Shown one piece after another: positions 18,165 through 26,350 of a stretch of DNA of 64,000 bases (positions within the stretch are counted from its first letter, which is position 1; each line of letters begins with the position of its first letter). The stretch covers positions 2,128 through 66,127 of the forward strand of contig JAJYWD010000002.1 in the NCBI GenBank assembly GCA_021791655.1, given 5' to 3'. Under the pieces are notes generated by a model. It was not told the DNA's origin, did no database searches, and saw nothing but the letters and a program-made list of their open reading frames with translations. The stretch is from Nanobdellota archaeon (GTDB taxonomy: Archaea; Nanobdellota; Nanobdellia; Parvarchaeales; Parvarchaeaceae). The position numbers were made by a program, and so were the translations under genes.

Positions 18165-18827
18165 ATGTTAGCCGATAACCCGTTCATAACCATAGTAGCC
18201 TCCGATAAGGACAAAATCGAGGGTAGGATAAACGAGAAGGTAGAACTGCAGCTTCACCTAAACGAGATAATAAACAGGAACGGCATAGTTTTACTAAAAG
18301 GCGACCCAGGCATCGGGAAGAGCACCTTGGTTAACTGGGTGCTGGCAGACCTGAGGAAGAGGAAGAACCTGGAGATTGTAAAGGAAGAGTTCACGCCGTC
18401 CGTCTACAACAAGTTGAGAAATATCTCAATAATCCCCAACAAACAGATACTTGTTATACTCGATGACTTCAACAACTTGGAACTCCTTGACGCTAGAAGT
18501 CAGGATAAAGTACTTAACCTTGTGATAGACTTGTCTAAAAAACTGGGCCTCCTGCTCGTAGAGAACAGGAAAACTGGGGTAGAAAATGCACTTAAAGCAC
18601 ACGGGGCCGTAATGGAAAAATTCGAGCTGAAGGGCCTTAACAAGACGGATCTCCGAGCAGTGATAACCGACAGGCTTAACCTTATCAGAAAGGTGCCAAC
18701 GGAAGACTTGGAGCCGTTCACGGAAGAGGAGTTCGCAGAGATTTACAAAAAGACTGGCGGAAACGTAAGGGTCACACTCCTCATATGCGCACGCTTGTAC
18801 GACCAAAGAGAGAGTCCGATGATTTAG
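18165..18827 (+). CDS. P-loop NTPase (AAA/archaeal-ATPase-like).
   Basis: 220 aa with Walker A LLKGDPGIGKSTL and Walker B ILVILDDF. No further domain was identified. Confidence 0.6.
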   Translation: MLADNPFITIVASDKDKIEGRINEKVELQLHLNEIINRNGIVLLKGDPGIGKSTLVNWVLADLRKRKNLEIVKEEFTPSVYNKLRNISIIPNKQILVILDDFNNLELLDARSQDKVLNLVIDLSKKLGLLLVENRKTGVENALKAHGAVMEKFELKGLNKTDLRAVITDRLNLIRKVPTEDLEPFTEEEFAEIYKKTGGNVRVTLLICARLYDQRESPMI

Positions 18828-18840
18828 GTTTAGCCAGTGT

Positions 18841-19653
18841 ATGAAAGTTAGCGCGTTTAAGTTCGTTAAGGTCCTTTTGATAATGCTGATAACCATTTTA
18901 GGCACTGTTCTTTTCACGCTCTATACGCTCTCGCTTTACAGCTCACTCAACATAAGCACGTCACAGGTATACGTGATACCTTCATATCTTTATGTGATAT
19001 ACTTCATAGCGGGCCTGATCGGATTCACGGCCCTTATCCTACTTCTCATAAAACTAAAACTGGGCGGCGTGATCTTCTGGATGTTCGCAGTTATATTAAC
19101 CCTGATTTTGGTTGAGTTCTTTAGTTCCTTCATAGGTATTTTCGGCATCCCATTGGCCATTCTTGTTTCTTATTACTATTACAGGAAAGCGGGGAACACC
19201 GGCAGGAATATCGTTAATCTGGCCATATTCATAACGGTGGGATCTGTTCTGGCCCTGGCATTGGGAGTGACCTTTGCGCTAGTGCTAACTGCAGTTGTAG
19301 CGGTGTATGACTATATCGCTGTTTTCAGAACCAAGCACATGGTTACCCTAGCAAAGGGCATGCTAGATTACGGATTTTTCGCAGGGATGATATTGATGGC
19401 AAAGAGACTAAAGCTACCGAAAGATAAATTCGTTATAGGGGGTGGCGACCTGATATTCCCAGCGATGCTTTCGACCGCAGTATTCTTGTCCTATCCGCTG
19501 CCGGCTTTCTTACTTACAACTTTCGGGGCAACCCTTGGTTTAGCACTTCTATTATTGCTTGGCAGAAAAGGAAAAGCTTACCCGGCGATGGCAGCGATGG
19601 GACCGATGGAGATTCTATTTTTCGGTATTTATATACTTCTGAGCGTCATCTAA
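18841..19653 (+). CDS. GxGD-type intramembrane aspartyl protease, a presenilin/signal-peptide-peptidase homolog (A22-like).
   Basis: 270 aa with 8-9 TM helices. It has YD (VAVYDYIAVF), GGGD (VIGGGDLIFPAM) and a C-terminal PAL-like motif (AYPAMAAMGP), spaced as in archaeal PSH. Confidence 0.5.
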   Translation: MKVSAFKFVKVLLIMLITILGTVLFTLYTLSLYSSLNISTSQVYVIPSYLYVIYFIAGLIGFTALILLLIKLKLGGVIFWMFAVILTLILVEFFSSFIGIFGIPLAILVSYYYYRKAGNTGRNIVNLAIFITVGSVLALALGVTFALVLTAVVAVYDYIAVFRTKHMVTLAKGMLDYGFFAGMILMAKRLKLPKDKFVIGGGDLIFPAMLSTAVFLSYPLPAFLLTTFGATLGLALLLLLGRKGKAYPAMAAMGPMEILFFGIYILLSVI

Positions 19654-19659
19654 GCGATT

Positions 19660-19965
19660 ATGACGGATGAGATAAAGAGAGAGGAAGCGATAGAAGCGCT
19701 CAAGCAGTGTTACGACCCTGAGATCCCGGTGAACGTGTGGGACTTGGGTCTTGTGTACAAACTTGACATAACCGGCAGAAACGTGAAGATACTTATGTCA
19801 CTAACATCCGCCTTCTGTCCGGTAACTGACTACCTTGTAGAGGACATCAAAAACAGCCTAAAGGAGCGTTGCGGTGCCGAAAACGTGGACCTGGAGATAA
19901 CGTTCGACCCGCCTTGGAGCCAGAGCATGATGTCAGAGGAAGCGAAGGCGAAGCTAGGGCTTTGA
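19660..19965 (+). CDS. DUF59/MIP18-family Fe-S cluster assembly protein (SufT-like).
   Basis: 101 aa. YDPEIPVNVWDLGLVY...CPVTDYL matches the conserved DUF59 core. Confidence 0.7.
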   Translation: MTDEIKREEAIEALKQCYDPEIPVNVWDLGLVYKLDITGRNVKILMSLTSAFCPVTDYLVEDIKNSLKERCGAENVDLEITFDPPWSQSMMSEEAKAKLGL

Positions 19966-20008
19966 ACCGATTTCGCACTTTCATTACTAGCCGTGTAATT
20001 ACTCTTAT

Positions 20009-20245
20009 TCAGTGTTCGAAATTAGGAACTGAAGACTTATAGAGGCTAGTTATCGCTGTAGCAGAAAGTGAAACATTATAGATTCTGATATCTCCTATCT
20101 GGCCAGAAAAATAATAGGATCCACCATTAACATATCGCCCAAGATTCAATGATTTGTTAGTTGTTACGGGGCTGATATAAGAAGCCGTCCCTATAAAATC
20201 TCCACCTATATATAATTTGGCTGAATTTGTAGCGTAGTTGTCCAC
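20009..20245 (-). pseudogene. Fragment of a LamG/concanavalin-like domain (orphan C-terminal piece).
   Basis: The 78-aa ORF ends with LYIGG...YFSGQIGDIRIYNVSLSATAITSLY, the hallmark C-terminal strand pattern of LamG domains. There is no N-terminal domain or signal peptide. Confidence 0.4.
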
Positions 20246-20382
20246 AACTATTATATTATGCCAATTGGAATCTGCGGGACGGAGAGCTGCTCGGATGCCC
20301 TGCCCACAGCGTGCTATTTAACGCCCACCAGGAAGACCATATGCCAAACCGATTACGGAGGATGTTCGGAAGCAGGCAGCGC

Positions 20383-20731
20383 CTACCAGCCGCCGTAAGA
20401 CAGAGATTCGCTGGCGGGGGCTATGTACAAGGATATGCCTGGATGCGTATACAAGTATATCGCCATTTTTGGGGGGTCGTAACTCATGTTGCACGTGTAT
20501 GTGTAATTGTACAGATTGTTGCTGCCATTAACTGGGTTCGGAAAGTGGCTATTCGTTTTCGCGTACCCGCACATCCCCTCTGCTGCACCTAAAGGCACCT
20601 ATTTGGCGTCCTTTAATGCGGAGCTATGCGACAACAACGACTATTTCCTGATAACTGTGGGGAATTCGCCGTATGCCGGCACCGTGAGAATTCTACCCCA
20701 ACCGCTATTGCTGGTCCGACGCACAGTTTGA
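20383..20731. pseudogene. Decayed, internally inverted remnant of a paralog of the Cys-rich secreted protein at 23087..23782.
   Basis: The minus-strand ORF 20383..20598 (NNLYNYTYTCNMSYDPPKMAIYLYTHPGISLYIAP) matches the middle of the 23087 protein (FSYNYTCNTSYSPPKSVTLDLNTHPGITLGIIL). The plus-strand ORF 20507..20731 (APKGTYLASFNAELCDNNDYFLITVGNSPYAGTVRILPQPLL) matches its C-terminus (APEGTYLASFDPSSCGTYDYSLITIGNAPYNGTIRVPPEPLL). Confidence 0.45.
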
Positions 20732-20804
20732 TGCTCCCGCAATGATGCCGTGTGCTGCGGGGCGAGATTCAATGTTTAAAAGCATGATAGTGTCTTAAAA
20801 TAGT

Positions 20805-22091
20805 GTGGTGAAAATAAAGTTCTATGGCGGCACCGAAGAGGTGGGCAACGTAAGGATAACCATCGAGAACGCCGGTAAAACACTCTGTCTGGACTATGGA
20901 ACCAGACACGACGGCAAGGACGATGATGCGGCCTTTCCTAAAGTGGATTACGTAGCGGTTTCACACGGTCATCTTGATCACATAGGTAATCTAGCTTATG
21001 CGACAAAATTAAACAAGTGTACAAAGTTTATAGGCACAACCGTGACCAGGAAACTTAGCGAATACCAGCTAAATGACATATTAAAAATCGAGGAAAGGCG
21101 GCGCAGGGGAAACGAACCGGTACAACCAAACCCGAGAGACTTCGCCCTTGAGGATATACTCGATGTAGTAAAGAACTGGATTCCAACCGAGTACAACAAA
21201 CCAGTGACACTCGATGGATTCGAAGTAAAGCTTGCAAACGCGGGGCACATCCCAGGCTCGTCTATAATCGAGGTAAAGAGCGACAAAACTAGAATAGTTT
21301 ACACTGGCGACATAAATCTGGAGGGCAACCTGAACGGGGATTTTCCGGATCTTAACGCCATCGAAAAGAACCCGACCGCATTGATTATAGAATCAACCTA
21401 CGGGGGCGAGGAACGGGACACAATAAGCAAAGAAGAGGGGAAATTCATAGAATACGCAGAGGATGCCCTCAGGAAAGGCAAAAACCTGTTTGTGCCGGCC
21501 TTCGCAATAGAAAGGATACAGAGAGTGGGTTATCTGCTGAATAGGATACGTGACGCATTTCCAGAGTATGAATTCTACATTGTATCCCCTTCTTACATGA
21601 AGGTGAAGGACATAGCGTACGGGAATCTTGATTTATCAAAACTTACGGAAAGCGCCAGACCACCGAAGGATTATCGGTACAGGCAATCAGTCATGGTATC
21701 GACATCGGGTTTCTGCACGGGCGGCTGGAGTAAAAAGATACTCGAGGACGTGATTGACAACGAAAATTATACGGTTATACTGCCCAGCGGATTCCTTCCA
21801 GAGGGTTCACCGGTAAAAGACGCGGCGGAGAAGGGCTATATCGAGATAGCGTACAAGAATATAAGATACAAAAAGAAAGTAAGGGCTGATATAAAGCGGG
21901 TCAAGTTGAGCGCACACTCCGACATGAAAGGGCTGAGAAAGATTGTGGAAACAATAGCCCCAGCCAAGACAACAGAGATTTACTTAGTGCATGGAGAACC
22001 AGTTTCACAGCAGTGCCTAAAGACACATCTCGAGTCTCTCGGATACAAAGTTAAGATTCCCAAAAAGTACGAAGAAGTAGAATACAGATAG
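20805..22091 (+). CDS. Metallo-beta-lactamase/beta-CASP ribonuclease (archaeal RNase J-like), GTG start.
   Basis: 428 aa with KIKFYGGTEEVGN at the N-terminus and an HxHxDH motif (VSHGHLDHIG). The length fits archaeal RNase J. Confidence 0.65.
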   Translation: MVKIKFYGGTEEVGNVRITIENAGKTLCLDYGTRHDGKDDDAAFPKVDYVAVSHGHLDHIGNLAYATKLNKCTKFIGTTVTRKLSEYQLNDILKIEERRRRGNEPVQPNPRDFALEDILDVVKNWIPTEYNKPVTLDGFEVKLANAGHIPGSSIIEVKSDKTRIVYTGDINLEGNLNGDFPDLNAIEKNPTALIIESTYGGEERDTISKEEGKFIEYAEDALRKGKNLFVPAFAIERIQRVGYLLNRIRDAFPEYEFYIVSPSYMKVKDIAYGNLDLSKLTESARPPKDYRYRQSVMVSTSGFCTGGWSKKILEDVIDNENYTVILPSGFLPEGSPVKDAAEKGYIEIAYKNIRYKKKVRADIKRVKLSAHSDMKGLRKIVETIAPAKTTEIYLVHGEPVSQQCLKTHLESLGYKVKIPKKYEEVEYR

Positions 22092-22207
22092 CCAGAGAAA
22101 TGCGCCCATGGCCAAGCGCCGCTAATGCTACGACTCTTCCGTGGCGTAACACATAGCCGTTACTTCTCTATTTACCGCTTAAATTCCTGCTAATCCAGTA
22201 ATTTGTC

Positions 22208-22957
22208 ATGGAAGAAGATTCGCTTTCAAAGGCTACAGTGGCGGCACAACAGTTCGCCGGCGGGTACAAAAGAAAGGGAGTAGCGGGCATATTCTTCATG
22301 GGTGCGCTAGCCCGCGGATACTTCGATAAGTATGCAGACATTGACATCGTAATAGTGGCGAGGAAGAGTTCAAAGCTGAGGTTTGACTATCGCCTTCCGA
22401 TCCCGAAATACGAGGGATTCGAACTAGATGCATGGGTTGGCTGCTTGGAGGACATGAAGAAAAAATCATGGTCTATGGACAGGCGATGGTCGTTTTCGGA
22501 GGCTAAGATTTATTACGACCCTTATGGAGAGCTCAGAAGGTTACTGAAAGAAAAATGCAGGTACAGAAAACGTGAAAGAAGATGGCTTATTATGGAGGGC
22601 ACTGTTCAGTCCGAATGGTTTGCAAACAGACTGCCGAAAGTCTGGGTTTCCAGGGGGGACATGTTAAGCGCACATGCCATGTTTGGTTACGGCGTCTCGT
22701 ACTTGCTTCAGGCGGTGTTCGCAATAAACAAGCGGCTAATCCCGTACAAAAAATGGGACTTGAACTACTCTAGGAAACTGCCATGGTTGCCGGACAGGTT
22801 TCACGAGAAACTGGGAGAGATTTACACAATGCGAGACCTTACCAGAGAAGAAATAGACCGGCGCAGAAGAGCATTCATGTACATCTGGGGACCAGTACGC
22901 AAAAGGGCTGAAAAAGAAATCGGGATCAAGTTCGAAGTGTTCAAGAGGTTCGTTTGA
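22208..22957 (+). CDS. Nucleotidyltransferase (Pol-beta superfamily, KNTase/ANT(4')-like two-domain protein).
   Basis: 249 aa. GALARGYFDKYADIDIVIV matches the G[SA]xARGx(n)SDIDL minimal NTase motif. The C-terminal helical domain resembles kanamycin nucleotidyltransferase. Confidence 0.6.
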   Translation: MEEDSLSKATVAAQQFAGGYKRKGVAGIFFMGALARGYFDKYADIDIVIVARKSSKLRFDYRLPIPKYEGFELDAWVGCLEDMKKKSWSMDRRWSFSEAKIYYDPYGELRRLLKEKCRYRKRERRWLIMEGTVQSEWFANRLPKVWVSRGDMLSAHAMFGYGVSYLLQAVFAINKRLIPYKKWDLNYSRKLPWLPDRFHEKLGEIYTMRDLTREEIDRRRRAFMYIWGPVRKRAEKEIGIKFEVFKRFV

Positions 22958-23086
22958 GTAGCCGCGGTTAAAGCTGCGCTTATTGTGTCCAGTGTCTCTC
23001 GACATATCTTTAGTTATAAAGTGTATGATTGACAAAGGGGCATTTGGTGGTTTATTCGTCCAGAATGGGATGCTTGTTCCGTATTC

Positions 23087-23782
23087 TTGTATGGCGAGCA
23101 TCCATCCATAATAAATGAGTCAAACGCCTCGGTCTATAATGTATCGGGTTTCAGCGATTACGTTTTTCGCGCAGAGAGCAACGGCTCGCTGGGATTCAAC
23201 GTCTCAGATCCAAGAATCGCGGGGTTCAACGGTTCCACGCTGAAAATAAACAATTCTCTGGGTTTTTACCACACGAAAAACGGGACTCTCATAAATTATT
23301 CCAAAGGAAGCGCTTTCCAGTCGTGCAGCGGATACAGCAACGGAACGACGGTGTGCTTCGGTACGCTGCCGGTCGTATGCTATCTCGGTTCCTCGGGGGA
23401 AACCGCATGCCAAACCGAATACGGCGCGTGCTACGGTGGAGGCTATGCCTCTTCAAATAGTTCTATGCAAAGCGGATTGCTGTTCTCTTATAATTACACA
23501 TGCAACACTAGTTACTCTCCTCCTAAGAGCGTTACGCTCGACCTGAATACGCATCCTGGCATCACGCTCGGGATAATCCTGAAATGGGAGTTATTGACGT
23601 ACGGCAAGCGGAACACGAGTAAGATAGGTCTCTCCATATCTTCTGCAGCACCGGAAGGCACGTATCTCGCTTCGTTTGACCCTTCGTCTTGCGGTACGTA
23701 TGACTACTCCCTCATTACTATCGGAAACGCGCCGTATAACGGAACCATAAGAGTGCCGCCCGAACCGTTGCTGCGCGCATAA
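23087..23782 (+). CDS. Cys-rich N-glycosylated secreted protein, possibly 5'-truncated (no signal peptide in frame).
   Basis: 231 aa with many sequons and Cys pairs. An upstream ATG at 23025 is out of frame. The paralog remnant lies at 20383..20731. Confidence 0.45.
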   Translation: MYGEHPSIINESNASVYNVSGFSDYVFRAESNGSLGFNVSDPRIAGFNGSTLKINNSLGFYHTKNGTLINYSKGSAFQSCSGYSNGTTVCFGTLPVVCYLGSSGETACQTEYGACYGGGYASSNSSMQSGLLFSYNYTCNTSYSPPKSVTLDLNTHPGITLGIILKWELLTYGKRNTSKIGLSISSAAPEGTYLASFDPSSCGTYDYSLITIGNAPYNGTIRVPPEPLLRA

Positions 23783-23945
23783 CACGCCACTGCACGCACA
23801 TGGGGGGACAAAGAATCTCGTCTTAGAATCGACGCAGATACGGAAAATCCAACAGAAGACGACGCTTTATGGCCGCGAAAGCAAGAAATACAAGTGGATT
23901 CATCAAATTAGCATACACATAGTTGGGAATGGAGAACAGAAACGT

Positions 23946-24647
23946 ATGGATTCAGGAAAGACGGCTTTTGTACTGGCCGGGGGGATGGGCACCCGACTGA
24001 AGCCCATAACACAGAAGATACCAAAACCAATGGCCCCCATAAAAGGGAAGCCGCTTCTGGAACACACCATAGACAGCCTAAAGCGCGCGGATTTTACAAA
24101 TATAACGATTTCCGTAGGATACCTAAAAGAACAGATAATGAACTATTTTGGGAGCGGCGAGAAATTCCACGTAAACATAAAGTACGCCACGGAGGATACC
24201 CCATTGGGCACAGGGGGTGCGATAAAAAGACATGCTAGTGCTTTCAAGAGTGATTTTATAGTCGTCAACGGAGACAACGTTTTTGATTTTGACCTGCGCG
24301 AGATATACAAAGCACACAGAGAGTCGCGCCCTATGGCCACGGTAGGGCTGGGGTACGCCGAGGACGTTTCGCAGTTCGGCGTAGTAAAGATGGAAGGAAA
24401 CAGAATAACGCAGTTTGTGGAAAAGCCGGAAGGCAGTTCTCCACCTTCACACTTTGTCAGCACTGGCGTTTACGTTCTTAGCCCCGCTTTCTTGGGTCTA
24501 TTGCCAGACGGCGTGTCAAACGTCTCGCGCGTATTGGAAAAGGCAGTCGAGAAAAACACAATAAACGGCTTCGTCCAAAATGGCGATTGGTTCCCGTGCG
24601 ATAATATTTCACTGTATAAGAAAGCCGCAAGAGAATGGAAACGATAA
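23946..24647 (+). CDS. Sugar-phosphate nucleotidyltransferase (NDP-sugar pyrophosphorylase).
   Basis: 233 aa. The N-terminal FVLAGGMGTRLKPIT is the G-x-G-T-R-L signature of glucose-1-P thymidylyl/mannose-1-P guanylyl transferases. Confidence 0.75.
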   Translation: MDSGKTAFVLAGGMGTRLKPITQKIPKPMAPIKGKPLLEHTIDSLKRADFTNITISVGYLKEQIMNYFGSGEKFHVNIKYATEDTPLGTGGAIKRHASAFKSDFIVVNGDNVFDFDLREIYKAHRESRPMATVGLGYAEDVSQFGVVKMEGNRITQFVEKPEGSSPPSHFVSTGVYVLSPAFLGLLPDGVSNVSRVLEKAVEKNTINGFVQNGDWFPCDNISLYKKAAREWKR

Positions 24648-24649
24648 AT

Positions 24650-24997
24650 TCATAGGTTATGCTCTGATTTCTTGAGCAGAGCAAGAAATAAAGGTATTGT
24701 TACAAAAAGTACATTATTTGCTAACTCGGATTTGTCTTTAGTTAAAACAAGGCATTCTTGTACGTATTTAGATTCGTTGACATCCCGCATTGATATCTCG
24801 TTCTGATACTCTGCTACCACACCGATTATTCCTCCATTTACATTTTGATAAACAAAGTCTATCTCATCATTCTCATAGTAGAAACCGAGGTATGCGTCGT
24901 AAAGTATCATTGGTCCTCCCATCTTATCTTTGGTAGACCGTCGATATATTGTTATTTTATTTTCTATTTCATTTAATAGCGTACAATTCATCTCCAC
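24650..24997 (-). CDS. Hypothetical protein.
   Basis: 115-aa ORF with a hydrophobic C-terminus. No motif. It runs convergent with the NTase gene. Confidence 0.3.
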   Translation of the reverse strand: MEMNCTLLNEIENKITIYRRSTKDKMGGPMILYDAYLGFYYENDEIDFVYQNVNGGIIGVVAEYQNEISMRDVNESKYVQECLVLTKDKSELANNVLFVTIPLFLALLKKSEHNL

Positions 24998-25064
24998 CGT
25001 TCGGATGGAGCCTTATTGCAAACTAAAGATAAAGTTATTTAAACGTCTATTGACTAATCCCATA

Positions 25065-25241
25065 ATGCCACACGTATTAATAAGATCGACTAAAAACGGT
25101 CCCAATCTCGTAATGGTTGACGGCAAGACTGTGTACGCCTTCTGCAGGTGCGGACATTCCCAGAATAAGCCGTTCTGCGACGGCACGCACCGCAAAATCG
25201 GTTTCGAAGCGAAAGAGAAAGAAACCGTGGTACTCGAGTAG
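25065..25241 (+). CDS. CDGSH-type iron-sulfur domain protein (mitoNEET-like). It starts at the internal Met of the 24930 ORF.
   Basis: 58 aa with CRCGHSQNKPFCDGTH, i.e. the C-x-C-x2-S-x3-P-x-CDG-H CDGSH motif. The upstream part of the listed ORF overlaps the antisense gene. Confidence 0.6.
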   Translation: MPHVLIRSTKNGPNLVMVDGKTVYAFCRCGHSQNKPFCDGTHRKIGFEAKEKETVVLE

Positions 25242-25278
25242 TTTCGCGTGCACAACGAATCTGCATTATACTCACTGA

Positions 25279-25758
25279 TTATACGACGGTTATGGCCAGC
25301 GTATAATGAACTTTCGTTCTTGATGTTCTTTCTATCGCGAACCCGGATTTCTCTAAGACTCGTCGGGATGCGATATTGCTCTTTTCGGTTTCTGCTCTTA
25401 TTTCGCGTAAACCTAGCTTTGCAAACGCAAAGTAACTTGCGAGCTTGACTGCAGACGTTGCTATGCCCTTATTCCTGTACGATTTGGCCACCCAATACCC
25501 TATGCTCGCGCTCTTGTCTTGCGGATTTATTTTCTCAAGAGATAAAGTGCCCACTAGCTTTCCACTGGCCAAAATTGACAGCTCTTTGTAATGCTCTTTC
25601 TTAAGCTGAGCGCTCACGTACTTCTTTATATCGGTTAACGAGTACGGGGGCTTCGTGTCGCTTAACCTAAAAATGGTCTCTCTTTTTGCGATCAACCGCC
25701 TTAAGTCCGCCGCATCTTCCAGTTTAAGACGCCTTATTTTCACTTCCATACTAATCAA
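25279..25758 (-). CDS. GNAT family N-acetyltransferase (RimJ/RimL-like).
   Basis: 159 aa with IGYWVAKSYRNKGIATSAV, the GNAT motif A. Confidence 0.75.
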   Translation of the reverse strand: MISMEVKIRRLKLEDAADLRRLIAKRETIFRLSDTKPPYSLTDIKKYVSAQLKKEHYKELSILASGKLVGTLSLEKINPQDKSASIGYWVAKSYRNKGIATSAVKLASYFAFAKLGLREIRAETEKSNIASRRVLEKSGFAIERTSRTKVHYTLAITVV

Positions 25759-25786
25759 AACCAGCGAAAATTATTAAATATAGCGC

Positions 25787-26338
25787 TCAACTCAACCTTT
25801 CCAGTCTTATAGAACCGCCGTCTATAACGACATACCCTCTATCGGAATAAACGCCATTCAACTTGCTAACGGTCCCGCAACATACGGACTTTATCGACTT
25901 GAAATTTCTAAGTCCGTGAGAATGACCAACAAATAGATATTCGTCGTGCAACCCTAGCCGCAATCTGGCGTACAGGCAAAATGCGAACAACGGGAGGTCC
26001 CTGCTAAGAACTCCGAATAATCTCGCTATTTTGGCTGTGAACCCTTCCGGTCCAAGATTGAACTGGTGTCCGTGTACGAAGACCATTCTGATGCCGTCCG
26101 CCTTTAGTCTTACTATCTTATATTTACCGCGGACATCGTCTTCATCTCCTTCTATGAAATAAGTGTTTTTCTTAAGTCTCTTTGGTATAAGACCGAAGAA
26201 TTCCGAGCTGCTGGAGCGCTCGCCTATTACGTCTCCCGTCAGCATTAACTTATCTGGCGCTTCCTTCCCTATTATGCGTTTTATGTCGTCTCTGTCGCTG
26301 TACGGGTAGTGTACATCCGACATAACCAAGATTTTCAT
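25787..26338 (-). CDS. Calcineurin-like metallophosphoesterase (YfcE/MJ0936 family).
   Basis: 183 aa with MKILVMSDVHY, GDV and VHGH motifs. Confidence 0.75.
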   Translation of the reverse strand: MKILVMSDVHYPYSDRDDIKRIIGKEAPDKLMLTGDVIGERSSSSEFFGLIPKRLKKNTYFIEGDEDDVRGKYKIVRLKADGIRMVFVHGHQFNLGPEGFTAKIARLFGVLSRDLPLFAFCLYARLRLGLHDEYLFVGHSHGLRNFKSIKSVCCGTVSKLNGVYSDRGYVVIDGGSIRLERLS

Positions 26339-26350
26339 GAGTATTTCGTT

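Noticed and set aside
24930-25064. N-terminal 45 aa of the listed 103-aa CDGSH ORF.
   Set aside because: It overlaps the convergent or divergent neighbour and is hydrophobic junk. The CDGSH domain begins at the internal Met at 25065.
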